From: Yuukianura sp. NJ FZ-2021
Taxonomy: Eukaryota
Assembly: GCA_046563655.1 (NCBI GenBank)
Contig: JAJCTO010000010.1
Coordinates: 496,001-560,000, forward strand
DNA length: 64,000 nucleotides
Reading direction: 5' to 3'
This document shows, piece by piece, positions 36,691 through 48,191 of this stretch. Both the position numbers and the translations under genes were made by a program. The notes beneath the pieces were generated by a model. The model was not told the DNA's origin, ran no database searches, and was given only the letters and a program-made list of their open reading frames with translations. Positions within the stretch are counted from its first letter, which is position 1, and every line of letters starts with the position of its first letter.

Positions 36691-38031
36691 ATGCGTCTGT
36701 TCGTGCTACTACTATTTATTGTTTCGGGTTACTGTAGTTACCTTAAGTGGGAAGGTCCCACTACCATTCACTGTCACGATGATGAGCGTAGCAAGAATCC
36801 ACCACGTATCAAAAGATACATTCCTTCAAATACCCCTTGGATCAAACGGAACATTACTTGGTCCATTGCTAACGTCCCATTACATTTAAATCTTAGCATT
36901 GTTAAGCTTGAAGCTCGACTGGCAATTGCTAAGTGGCAAGCAGCATCCAACTTAAAGTTCGAAGAACTCGAGAAACCAGCGCAAGCGGACATTCGAATCA
37001 GTTTTGAAAAGTTAAGCCACAATGATTCCGCTCCATTTGATGGAAGAGGTGGAGTGTTGGCTCACGCTTTCTTTCCAAGTGAAAGTCTGCTTGGAGGCGA
37101 TATACACTTTGACCTTGCAGAAAATTGGATCGTTGGTAAAAATGGAAAGGGAGTTAGTTTCTTTTCTGTACTATTACACGAATTCGGACATGCTATTGGA
37201 CTACGTCATTCCGACGTCCGTGACGCGATTATGACAGCATTTTACCGCGAATATGATTATTCAATTCGGATCAGTGACGATGATAAACGAGCTCTACAAT
37301 TTCTCTATAAAAATGCACCTAAATACGCGCCAATTCGGAAAAGTAGTTGGACAAATGATGACAATTTGGAAAAGAGCTTATGCCAAACAAATTACCGAAC
37401 TATTGCCAAAATTTATAACGAAATTTACCTTTTCGCGGACAACTATCATTATCGAATCGAAAACGGAGAAGTTTTTCTCTCCCAGCGAATGTATAATCAC
37501 AAATATTTTCAATATTTCCCAGAACATTTAAAATCTGACTTTGTGTTTCAATACGATCGAATGACTTACATTTTTTCTGAAGGGAAATATTTTAAGTACA
37601 TTTTTGGCGCAACTTTGGATAGGGGCTACCCGCGTAGCATGTCAAAGCTCAATTTAGCAGCCAATGCAAGCATCATTGGAGCCATGGAAATTGAGCGACG
37701 ACTCTATTTGCAAACAGCGACCGGATGGCGGTGTTACTATCACCACCAGCGCGAGTTATTCGAATCTTGTTGGGACGCGAAGGTCACTCAGCAATTGGCA
37801 CAGTTCACGACCCCTGTCACACAAATTGGAAGAAATGCTATGAATTTTAGCTTACTTAATGGCAATGAAGTTCTAACTTTTTCCTTGGACTTTGTGAAGC
37901 TTTCTTCTGAACCATTGATGGAATTTCTAAAAATTCCTTGTGTCGAAAATATTGTGGCTGGAAGTGCCGAGGCACAGCCGCAATGGTGGATTCTTTGTGC
38001 AGCTCTATTATTTATCTTATACCTTTTGTGA
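36691..38031 (+). CDS. Matrix metalloproteinase (M10A), intronless, with hemopexin-like region and hydrophobic C-terminus
   Basis: Signal peptide, furin site RIKR, FDGRGGVLAHAFFP, GGDIHFD, HEFGHAIGLRHS, Met-turn AIMTAFY, GYPR. Confidence 0.95.
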   Translation: MRLFVLLLFIVSGYCSYLKWEGPTTIHCHDDERSKNPPRIKRYIPSNTPWIKRNITWSIANVPLHLNLSIVKLEARLAIAKWQAASNLKFEELEKPAQADIRISFEKLSHNDSAPFDGRGGVLAHAFFPSESLLGGDIHFDLAENWIVGKNGKGVSFFSVLLHEFGHAIGLRHSDVRDAIMTAFYREYDYSIRISDDDKRALQFLYKNAPKYAPIRKSSWTNDDNLEKSLCQTNYRTIAKIYNEIYLFADNYHYRIENGEVFLSQRMYNHKYFQYFPEHLKSDFVFQYDRMTYIFSEGKYFKYIFGATLDRGYPRSMSKLNLAANASIIGAMEIERRLYLQTATGWRCYYHHQRELFESCWDAKVTQQLAQFTTPVTQIGRNAMNFSLLNGNEVLTFSLDFVKLSSEPLMEFLKIPCVENIVAGSAEAQPQWWILCAALLFILYLL

Positions 38032-38213
38032 GATACGTTAATTCTCCATTAAAAATGTCATAGTTGAGCACTATTGACTGGTTTTACCACATCATCGAAA
38101 ATGAAATGAATTTCGTGAATTGATGGGATTGAATGAACTTCGATTGTTCCAATTCCAAAAAGTTTTCAACCCTTTTTAACTTTTAATAGATTGCCTTGAG
38201 GCTGTAATAGCTC

Positions 38214-39787
38214 ATGAGCAAAGAAAAATCCAGTCGTCGTCTACAAAACAAACCGCCAGAATTTGGTCCAGAAGATTTAGAAGTTTTAGAAAGAGAGATC
38301 AGAATAGAAAGAAGCAAATCAAGATCACCCAGTACTGTTGAGATAGAAGTTAGCACTGAACAGACAGCAGAAGGCATTGTAGGGAAAATAGTTGTAGGAA
38401 GATCGGAGTCTGTAGGAACTCCTGATAGATTAGCGGTCGGATCTGTTGCTTCTGGGCTTAGCATCGCTTCCTGTGACGAGGAATTAGCGGAAATTAACGT
38501 TCCAATTCCACGAATTGAAGTTATTTCAAGTGAATCAGCCATGGCAGCTACTTCAACCCCTGTGGTTAGCGCGATTTCAATTTGGACACCTCCGGGTGAA
38601 CTGACCTTTAAAGGTCAACGGGGTGCCAAGGCAAATGAATTTTTGGACAAATTTAAAGCAATTGCTGTCTCCCAACATTGGGATGACGCAACTAAAATTG
38701 AGCATTTTGGCCTTTACTTAATTGGGCCTGCGAAGATGTGGCTATCAACATTTAAAAATGAATGGAAACGTAATCCTTTGAACAAAAACGCTCAAGGAGA
38801 CGTTAAGACTTGGAAACAAATTTTCGTGACGAGTTTAAATCTCGTTTGACTAAAGACGCGTTAGAGGACAAATTAGCATCTCGCAAGAAGGACAAAAATG
38901 AAACTGTTGAAGACTATTACTATAACGTGATGAAGCTCTGTGACCAGCTTGAGGCTAGTCAAGGGTCTTCGATTAAAGAAGATGAGCGGATTTTGTATTT
39001 GTTGAAAGGATTGACCCCGGAGTTAGCTTGGGTCATCCACCAGAAAAGTCCATCGACTACTAAGGAGGTTCTGAGTGAATTGATTCGGAAAGAAAACTTC
39101 GATTATAGCTTCAAACGTAAAACAACGTTAATGCAAAATAGAGAATTAGAAGAGGCTGTTCAGACTATTTTTCCACTGGCAATTAGCGACGAATCAGGTA
39201 ATGACAAGCAGTCAATGACGGTTCAAACTTCTCAGATGGGTTATCAGCGGAGTTCTACCATTCCTGGTTCTCGAGGACGAGTACCTGGAACTCAACATTC
39301 TCGGGGAAGCGGTCAAGGATCTGGAATTCTCCGTGGCCAAGGAAGCCGTCCAACGGCAGTCTACACTCGCTCTTATCAACCTCGTCACACTGCTCATGCG
39401 GTTGGATTTGAGCCAATTCCGCAACAAGTTGCTCATTGTTACAGCTGTGGGTCAAGCTCTCACCCCACCAGGCAATGCCCGGAAGAGAAGATTTTGCGTA
39501 CTCCGGCACGGCTTAGATGCAGCATCTGCGAGTCTACCATGCACATCGGTAGAACCTGCCCTCATCGCGAACAAGTCGCAGCTCGCCGTGCGTGTTACCA
39601 GTGTGGCTCCGAGAATCACATGAAGCCTCAATGTCCGCAGCTTCAACGGAAATCTCCAGGTCCTCGGCAGATGAATTGTCAAATCTGCAAATCAAACGCT
39701 CATCCTACTCAGGAGTGCCCGCACAAACCCAAACCGGAAGCTCAGTTGGAAAAGAAAGTTGTGGTAAAAGAGGAGCGACGCCAGTAG
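38214..39787 (+). CDS. gag: Gag of gypsy B (one frameshift near 38820), four CCHC knuckles
   Basis: WDDATKIEHFGLYLIGPAKMW; ETVEDYY...LLKGL; four CX2CX4HX4C motifs. Confidence 0.9.
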
Positions 39788-39789
39788 GA

Positions 39790-42700
39790 GGGACTGACGT
39801 CGATTTGAATCTTAATTCCTCCGTAGTACATAGTTGTCATGCAGTAGAGCCATCAGATTCTTTTCCTGAATTAAATTTTGGTAACGTGGTTACCACAATC
39901 TATTTCGTTGATGGCGATAAACGACGTCGTATTACTGGATTAATTGATACAGGAAGTCCAGTTAGTATAATTATGGCTCAGCACGTTCAAGCTCACGAGT
40001 TGGTTCCTCAACTTCCTGGTCTTAAACTATTATCCGCCAATCAGGCTAAAATTCCAATCTTAGGTTCTGTCAAAAAGTCATTAGTTTTCTGAAAATCTTC
40101 TGATCAAGTTTTGTCTCATTCCTTTTTAGTTATTGAGAAATGTCTCTTTGATATAATTTTGGGAAACGATTTCAATTCCAAAAATCTTCTCACCCTTAGT
40201 TTCAATTCCGCTCCAAAGGGATACGGAAGTTATTCATACGTCGGCATGAGAGTTCCACGACCTTTCAAACTATTTTCAAACGATAGCTTAGGACTACCTC
40301 TTCATCTACATCACCTTCAGCGGCAAGGTTCTAATAAATTGAACCATCATACCCCAAGGTCATTACCATTTCTGAGGAAATTTTGCCTCCATTTTCTACA
40401 ACCAAAGTTCTAGTGAAGCCAGTCACTCCTATCACAGGAACCTTGTCATTCGAACCAAATCAGCATCTTTTAGATCGACTTGGGCTCTGCATTCCATATT
40501 TAGCTCATATTGAAGAAGGCTGTTTTGAACTACCAATCGACAACCCAAGGCCGGTTCCAACTACTGTTTATGCTGGTGTTCACGTAGGAAATTTGACGCG
40601 TGTTCAAATCCGCGAGGTTGAAGCAGAGGACAATATTCGCCAAGCTAGGTTTAAATCCACGAAGGAAAATATTGATCAGATTATCATTAATCCTGATTTG
40701 TCCATGGCAGAACAGCAACAACTAAAAGATTTGATTCTTAAATACGGGGATACCATGGCATGGGACCTTGATCAGTTAGGGAAGGTGCAGGATGAATATT
40801 TCAAAATTGATACGGCGGATGCAGCACCCATTTCCAGTGCCCCTTACAAAAAGGCGCCTCATGAAAAACGCATCATTGAGGAGGAAGTGGATAAATTACT
40901 TAACGCAGGGATAATTCGAGAAAGTACTAGCACTTGGAGTGCAGGTGTCAGCTTAGTTAGACGTCCAGGTAGTGACAAAGTTCGAATGCTGATTGACTAT
41001 CGTCGCTTGAACAATGTAACTAAAAGCCAGTCTTATCCAATGCCCGTCATCAACGAGATTCTTTCTTCTTTCACCGGATGTAAAGTTTTCTCTTCCTTAG
41101 ATTTAGCCTCTGGCTACTTCCAACTTAAAGTCCATCCGGATGACGTGGAAAAGACAGCTTTTATAGTACACAATGGAACGTATGAATATCAATACGTCAG
41201 TTTCGGAATGAAACATGCTCCTGCCTTTTGCAATTCGGTCATTACGAAGGTGTTAGGTCGGCGTCTTTACAAATTTGCTCAGGCTTATTTAGATGATCTT
41301 TGCATTCACTCCAAGGACTTCAAAACTCATTTAGAACATCTGGAAGACGTTTTTCAACAATTTCAAAGATTTAACCTCACTTTCAATCCCGCAAAGTGTC
41401 ATTTTGGAAAAAGTAAATTAGAGTTGTTAGGTCACGTCATCTCTGACAAAGGCATTTCAGTTTCTGATTCCAAAGTGAAAGCGATATCTCTCATGCCTCC
41501 GCCTAGGAATGTTGGCGAAGTCAGGACATTTCTCGGTTTATGCGGATTTTACCGTCGATTCATTTTAAATTATAGTCAAGTAGCTAAATCACTCACCGAC
41601 CTCACAAAGAAAGAGAAGCCATTTCAGTGGAGTTCAGATTGTCAGGAAGCTTTTGAAACACTTAAAAGTAAACTTATGACAGCTCCTATTTTAGCCTACT
41701 TTAATGAAAATTTTGAATTAGAGCTTCATACGGATGCTTCCAACAAATGTATCTCGGCAATTTTAAATCAAAGGAACTTAGACGGAAAATTAGAAGTCGT
41801 TGCGTATGCTAGTCGAACTTTGAAGGGTGCGGAAGAGCGTTACAGTACAACGGACAAAGAAGCTCTCAGTGTTGTCTGGGGACTAGAGAAATGTCGTGAG
41901 TACATTGGATTTCGGCCATTGATCATCGCGGTCGATCATCATAGTCTTTGTTATTTAAAAACATGCAGGAATTTCAGAAATAGTCGGTTAGCTCGATGGG
42001 CCTTACGTTTGCAGGACGTAGACTACGAGATTCGTCATGTGAATGGGAAAACTCACTATCAGGCCGATTGTCTATCCCGCTTTCCGATCGACGATGAACA
42101 AGAATTCAAAGATGACTTTCCGATTCCTTGGTTTCTTACTACGGTTGTCACTCCTACCGATTCAACCGACGATCTTCAGCGCAATCAATTGGCTGACTCC
42201 AAATTGAAATTTATTATCGAAAAACTTAAATCACATTCTCACCATAAATTCTCTAAAAAGTTTATTCTTGACGATGATTTGCTCAAGTGGAAATGTATCA
42301 AAACCGGGAAACTTTTACCCGTAATTCCTCATCTTTCAATTCCTGAGATACTGCCACGCTTCCATGACGACATTCATTCTGGTCACATGGGAGTAGAGCG
42401 GACTCTGGAGCGCGTTCTTCGCAGTGTCTTCTTTTTCAAAATGCCTAAGATCGTTGAGAATTATGTCCGTTGTTGCAAAACGTGCCAGCTTCGGCGCAGT
42501 AGAAATACGAAACCTTTGGGGAAATTGTGTCCTATTTCCGTAGGTCAAATGTTCGACCGAATGAGTTTAGATGTAATTGGACCGCTGCCATCGTCCAAAC
42601 GTGGTAACAAATTCATTGTCGTTGCTGTAGAATTTCTTTCTAAATTTGTTTTCGCTCGAGCTATCAAAAAGCAAACTACTAAAGTAATGTTAGATTTCTT

Positions 42701-43721
42701 GACTGACATTTTTCAGACTCATGGACTACCAAAAACTCTTCTCAGCGACAATGCTTCAATTTTTACGTCTGACTTTTTCAAACAGTTTCACAAATCCCTT
42801 GGGATTATTAACGTCTTTTCCAGTCCGTACCATAGTCAAACTAACGGGCTCTGTATCTCTCCGAACAGAAGTATTGAAGAAGTTTTAACGAATTACACTT
42901 CCGTGTCTCAGCGAGATTGGGACAAGTATTTAGGGTCTGCCGTTTTCAGCCTAAATACAGCGGAACACAAAGAAAGCACTGGTTTTTCCAGTTTTTACAT
43001 CATGTTCGGTCGCCACCCGAACCATCCGTTGGATCTTGTCTGGGATACTGTACAATCCAACGACGACATTCCCACTCGCATACGCAAAATGCAGGAAGCT
43101 AGAGATTTAGCCAAACTTGGCATTGAAAGAGCGCAGGCTCGTCAGGCCAAGTCCTACGATGCCAAGCGTCTCCTTGATGAATTTGAAATTGGTGATTTGG
43201 TTTTGGTCAAGGTGACCAAGGTGGAACCTGGCAGGTCACGGAAATTGTGTTTCCGTTACCGCGGTCCTTATGTTATTGTTCAAAAGAACTCTGCTCTGTC
43301 TTACAAATGCAAGCCTCATAAGCAACAAGATGACTCAGATCCGATTCGCGTTCATATTTCTAATTTAAAGAAATTTGTAGACAGTGAAGGTATGACCCAC
43401 CTTTGTCACAAGCCGTGTTTGTCTGACCCGGGACGGGCAGATTCTAAACCGGGAAAGCTTCCTATGGAAGTGGTAAAGATAACGGAAACCCCAGAAGCAG
43501 ATCCTTCGGATAAGTTGATTCCGGATGATCTGTTAGAATTTGAGTTTGAAGAACCTACAGTAGATAAAGTGAGCTTAGGCTCTGAATCTGAAAGTGAAAG
43601 TAGTGAAAATGCATCATCAACTGAAGACGAGGAGATTGAAAAAGATAAACTTGAAAATGTTGTTAGAACTAGGGCTGGAAGAGAAGTCAAGAAACCTGTT
43701 AGGTTTGGAATAGACTCATAG
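39790..43721 (+). CDS. pol: Pol of gypsy B: protease (frameshifted near 40090 and 40380), RT, RNase H, integrase
   Basis: LIDTGS and IILGNDF protease; LDLASGYFQ and YLDD RT; TDAS and ADCLSR RNase H; HSGH..CKTC, DDE and GPY integrase. Confidence 0.95.
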
Positions 43722-43763
43722 TTATTCTAAAAGGGAAATCGAATGGAATAGAAATTAATTCAG

Positions 43764-46007
43764 GTTAAGCTCGAGGTCGTACTGATTGTAGCGGCTTTTG
43801 CGAGTATTACCACTTCCCAGAAAAACTCAATTTATCCGACTCAAGTTCGAGTCACCTCTGGAGCCTTCGTTCGAGAAATCACGGACGCGGAGCTTTACAC
43901 GGCAACTGTTCCTCTCATCTACGATTTAAATGTAACCTTTGCGGAAATCCCACAAAATTTATTTCGTTCCAAAATTTGTGAAACAAGCGCGGATGGATGC
44001 AGTTTTCAGATCACAATTCGCGATATGGTTAATCATGTTAGCCAGACTTTAAGAAACATTTTGAAAGACATCCTTCATGATCCATCCTCCGGAACAGCAC
44101 GAGAGTTCCTGGCCAGAGGACAGCGTTCTCTTGATTTAGAAAGTCTCAATCCTCTCAATCTTGTTTCCGATTTTTATTCATTCTGTTGCGGCTTTGTCAG
44201 CAAAAGAGACATGAAGTGCCTCTTTTCAAATGAAGTTGAAGTTAAAAAGTTCTTGGAAACCTTGAAAGGTTCAGTGGTGGCCAATAACCAAAACGTCATG
44301 ACCATCAAAGAAAGTTACGAACTGTTTCGTGGCAACGTTTCCCGAATTGTTAACCGAATCCATAGCAGCTTAGAATCACTAAGCCAAGAAATGAATGAAA
44401 CCATCACTGAAGAAACCGAAATCGCTAGACAGGTGAACGCATTGTCACGAGAAGTCAGCACGTTCCAGAGAGGTTTCATGCAAACATATTTTCATCTGAA
44501 TTCAATTGCCGAAATTATGCAGTTCACTGATCTTCAATCCCATTGTCGCAGTCATACAATTCCCTTGCTCGCCGTTAATCCCCAACGACTCACCAAAGAC
44601 TTACGAAACATCAACCGAAAAATTAGAAATGATGGTTACACCTTGGCCATTTCAGCAGAAGACGTTTCCAAATACTATAAATTACGAATAGCGGACTGCA
44701 CCTTCACTCCGGAAGGAAGAGTAATTTTTCGGGTTAAAATTCCTATTCGACGAATTGAAGAAAATTGGAAGCTATTCGAGATGGTCAACATTCCATTTGG
44801 CTTCAAAGGAAGTATTTGTATGATTCAGCATGCACCCACTTACGTAGCTGTTGCCGCTAACAACATCATCACCATCCAGGGAACTCAGCTGCACCAATGT
44901 CAGCCTCATTCCGGACTCTGTCTTGTACCTCAAACGAACAGCAATCCAATGGTCGGTTTCCTTTGCGTCAAACATCTGCTAAAAGGTTCAAGCGTTCGAG
45001 AACTAAATGATGTATGCATTTTTGAGTGTGTGTTGGGTAACAACGAATTAACGGTCACCCAATTAAGCTATGATACTTTTATTCTAACTGGAAAAGTTGA
45101 AGGCACCAAAATAGATTGTGGTGAAAGCAAAAGCTTTTCCGTGGGTCCGCCGACGGAAGGCGTGGGAAGCCTTCAGGTGAAATTAAGCTGTGATTGCTCA
45201 GTAAAAATTCCAGGAAGATCCCCAATTCGACCTCCATATCCTTGCCCGGACGACCTCGTAAACTATCCCACAGTCCATATTATAATTCCTACCGTCATGT
45301 CAAAAATTGATGTTATGCTAAAAGCCAACAATCGAGGTGAACCAGTTACTTTTCCCCACCTCCATGCAGTTTTCAATGAAACTTGGGACCTAGGTTCACC
45401 CCGCCTAAATTTAACAGAAGTCAGCAGAATTAAACAATTGGTAGTACCAAATTTAATTCACGTCATTGCTCCCACTACAGATACCATGCTGATAGTGTGG
45501 AACATAGCTTTGAGCGTCATTCTGGGATTCATGATGTACAAACAATGCTGTACCAACGGAATCGGCCCAGTCATAGGACTCGGATTGATGGACCGAATTA
45601 GAGGAGTCGCAGCACAAAGCTCGGAAGCCCATCACACCACAAACATTGTCATAATTGGAATTTTGTTTTTCCTACTGCTACTTGTTCTTCTCGTATGGTA
45701 TATTTACCTTTATCGAATCTGCTCAGAGCAAAGAAAGAACGAGTTCAACGTTCCCCCAGAGAAAAAGAGAGAAGGAGCCGATGTAAAGCCTGCCACCGAG
45801 ATTAAGGACGGAGCCTCCAAAGTTAAAATTCCCAAAGCATCTGCAGAAGTTAATTTGGAAGTGGGAATTGGAGAATCAAAGAAATTTTTAGTCCCAGAAG
45901 GAATGCCTTTACGACTCACAATGAGTCATGCTGAAACTCGCGTCCTTAAAAGCTTCCAGCCCAAACTTGATCCAACGTCAGAAACGACGGTTGAAACTTA
46001 TGTCTAA
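43764..46007 (+). CDS. env: Envelope fusion glycoprotein (baculovirus-F/errantivirus Env-like), probably spliced
   Basis: Frame is open 87 codons upstream of the 44025 ATG, starting after TTCAG with hydrophobic VVLIVAAFASITTS; furin-like RGQR; heptad region; Cys-rich ectodomain; YY..IFRVKIPI..LFEMVNIPF; N-glycosylation sequons; C-terminal transmembrane helices. Confidence 0.85.
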   Translation, partial: VKLEVVLIVAAFASITTSQKNSIYPTQVRVTSGAFVREITDAELYTATVPLIYDLNVTFAEIPQNLFRSKICETSADGCSFQITIRDMVNHVSQTLRNILKDILHDPSSGTAREFLARGQRSLDLESLNPLNLVSDFYSFCCGFVSKRDMKCLFSNEVEVKKFLETLKGSVVANNQNVMTIKESYELFRGNVSRIVNRIHSSLESLSQEMNETITEETEIARQVNALSREVSTFQRGFMQTYFHLNSIAEIMQFTDLQSHCRSHTIPLLAVNPQRLTKDLRNINRKIRNDGYTLAISAEDVSKYYKLRIADCTFTPEGRVIFRVKIPIRRIEENWKLFEMVNIPFGFKGSICMIQHAPTYVAVAANNIITIQGTQLHQCQPHSGLCLVPQTNSNPMVGFLCVKHLLKGSSVRELNDVCIFECVLGNNELTVTQLSYDTFILTGKVEGTKIDCGESKSFSVGPPTEGVGSLQVKLSCDCSVKIPGRSPIRPPYPCPDDLVNYPTVHIIIPTVMSKIDVMLKANNRGEPVTFPHLHAVFNETWDLGSPRLNLTEVSRIKQLVVPNLIHVIAPTTDTMLIVWNIALSVILGFMMYKQCCTNGIGPVIGLGLMDRIRGVAAQSSEAHHTTNIVIIGILFFLLLLVLLVWYIYLYRICSEQRKNEFNVPPEKKREGADVKPATEIKDGASKVKIPKASAEVNLEVGIGESKKFLVPEGMPLRLTMSHAETRVLKSFQPKLDPTSETTVETYV

Positions 46008-46148
46008 AAGTGACTAAAAAGATGTTCATATGAACTGTAGTAGTGGTCGAGAATTGTAGAGTTATAACTTTGGATCAGGTGTACACTGAATTGTGCCCTG
46101 TAATTTTAAAACAACAATGAAATTGTTAGTGTAACTATTCTGTTTTAG

Positions 46149-46331
46149 ATGGACTTAGAGCGCGAGCTTAGGAAGCGACGTCGAGCTCTCATGTTAGCCG
46201 CCATACGACTGGCCAAGCGCAGGCGAGATAAGACCGCTAGACTTTGTTTCTGTCAAGCAAAAATTCAGGAGTTGACTGTTAGAATTGAGGTTATGGAGAG
46301 AGAACTTGAAGAAGATAAAGAAAATGATTAA
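46149..46331 (+). CDS. Small basic/coiled-coil ORF (60 aa)
   Basis: ATG directly after TTTTAG; LRKRRR and KRRR basic patches followed by heptads. Confidence 0.45.
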   Translation: MDLERELRKRRRALMLAAIRLAKRRRDKTARLCFCQAKIQELTVRIEVMERELEEDKEND

Positions 46332-47478
46332 CAAAGTCAATTTACATTGTTTTACCTTGTGAAAGAAAACGTAGTAAAAACGTAGTGTTGCAATTTAATA
46401 GTGTCTCGTGGACCTTTGAGCTTATTAATGCCTATTGTACATGCTAAAAATATCTGTCAAATTGCGTCAACTTGGTTCATTCCATGCAGTTAATTCCGGT
46501 TCGGATTACAGTATTGGAAATTCTGTCAGATTAGTGACTTCGGTCTGATTAGAGTAATGGTATGAATTCGGATTTGTGCCTTCAAGGAGTGCTAGCATCC
46601 AGCGGCTCAGCCTCTAGTTAGTTTAAAACTAAGATTCAATCGACACATTGTCATGAAGAATTGTAGGTTCTTCTGTCACGGTCGCCGAATCCAATGTAAA
46701 CATTTGTTTTGTGAAATGACCCAGTCTTCTAATGCGAAGTTCAGCATTGGTTCATGAGTACACTGAATTTCACCAAATGCAGGAGATACAATGTTGTTGA
46801 ACACCGATTCTTGCCTTGACTACAATGTCAAAATAAACTAGATCTTAACGTATAAAATTATAATACTCCAAGGAATATTTCTTCAAAGCAGTTAGAACGG
46901 TTACAGTTGGTAAATCGTTCTGATTTATGTTGCCTGTTTCTTGAGCCATTACTTCTTGGCCAAAGTGTACACGTCAATTAATCCTGCATAACATGGTTGA
47001 AATTCGGAACAGAAGAATGTCTCCATTTTTAGTAAACAAATATGATTGAGTATTTTTTTACGTAGATTCAAAGAACCTTTCACGGGTTGTCGTAGAATGC
47101 GAATTCTTAGTAAGCACGGATTAGAAATCACTACAATGAAACAGCATTGCCACATGATTATTTAGTCTTTCCAAATCCAACTTCAAATGAGATCAAGTAC
47201 CTTGACCTCTAACCTGGTCGTCATGACGTGTTTTGGCATACCAGCCACATAATTAATTAATATTCAATATCAAATTGAAAAACTATTCATCATATTCGAC
47301 GAAGCTCTTTTTAATTTTAGGTTGACAAGGAAATCTCGCTTTATTCAAATCTTTAGACAAAGAAAATTCCTGAGTTAGCACTTGCAAATTCCCCAAAAAG
47401 GAAATTGTTGAGTTGGCTAGCTGTAAAGCAGCGCTCACGACGAATTCTTGACCTGCAAGGTCACACCGCCACGTCCGT

Positions 47479-48177
47479 ATGACCTCGGCCCCGCTGAAGC
47501 CTGGAACCCTTCACTTTTATGAGTTGCCAGAGCTAGTTTTGGACAAAGTCTTCCAGTTCTGTTGCGTCAACGATTTAACAAACGTAGTCGACGTGTTCCC
47601 CAAATTGTTAAAATACATAGAGGAAACGAAAAGACGGGCTCGAGCCAAACAAAATCAAATATTCAGTAATATTGTAATACTCCAGCGATCGTATTACCCA
47701 GGAATACTTACAGTTGACCCCAACAGTCATACAAAAATAGAACAATTCTTGGCAAAAATACCACTTAACGTTTTTCCAATTCTCTTAAGTCAATTTATTT
47801 TGGATTACAATCAACCACTCCAGCTTCACTGGCCGGCCATTGTAACTTTCGCTCCAGCAGAGTTGGAACGGATCTTGCGCAAATTCGGGATTGAATATTA
47901 TAACTTTCACGACTATTGTACACTTGTTCCTCTTGGGCCTCGCCCAAAACCATACCGTTTTCAAACATTAGCAAAACAAATTCGAAAGTATACAAAAGAT
48001 AGAGAAGACTTAGCGACTCATTTAGAAAGAATTTACGCGCGAGAACTTCCTATCTACTTATCGGCTTTTACTACCGCTCAACGTAAAGCCCGGCGGCGCG
48101 CTCGGCAATACTACACGCGTCGAGGGTTAGGAGTTACTGACGAGTGGCTCGATATCGCTCTGTGGGAATTTCTCTAA
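47479..48177 (+). CDS. F-box-like protein
   Basis: N-terminal FYELPELVLDKVFQFCCVNDLTNVVDVFPKL fits the LPxE..I..L...DL..V F-box pattern. Confidence 0.65.
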   Translation: MTSAPLKPGTLHFYELPELVLDKVFQFCCVNDLTNVVDVFPKLLKYIEETKRRARAKQNQIFSNIVILQRSYYPGILTVDPNSHTKIEQFLAKIPLNVFPILLSQFILDYNQPLQLHWPAIVTFAPAELERILRKFGIEYYNFHDYCTLVPLGPRPKPYRFQTLAKQIRKYTKDREDLATHLERIYARELPIYLSAFTTAQRKARRRARQYYTRRGLGVTDEWLDIALWEFL

Positions 48178-48191
48178 TTTTCTCCTGCATA

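Noticed and set aside
36691..38031. MMP as a resident host gene
   Set aside because: It is intronless and lies between the PBS and gag inside an LTR pair with a TSD.
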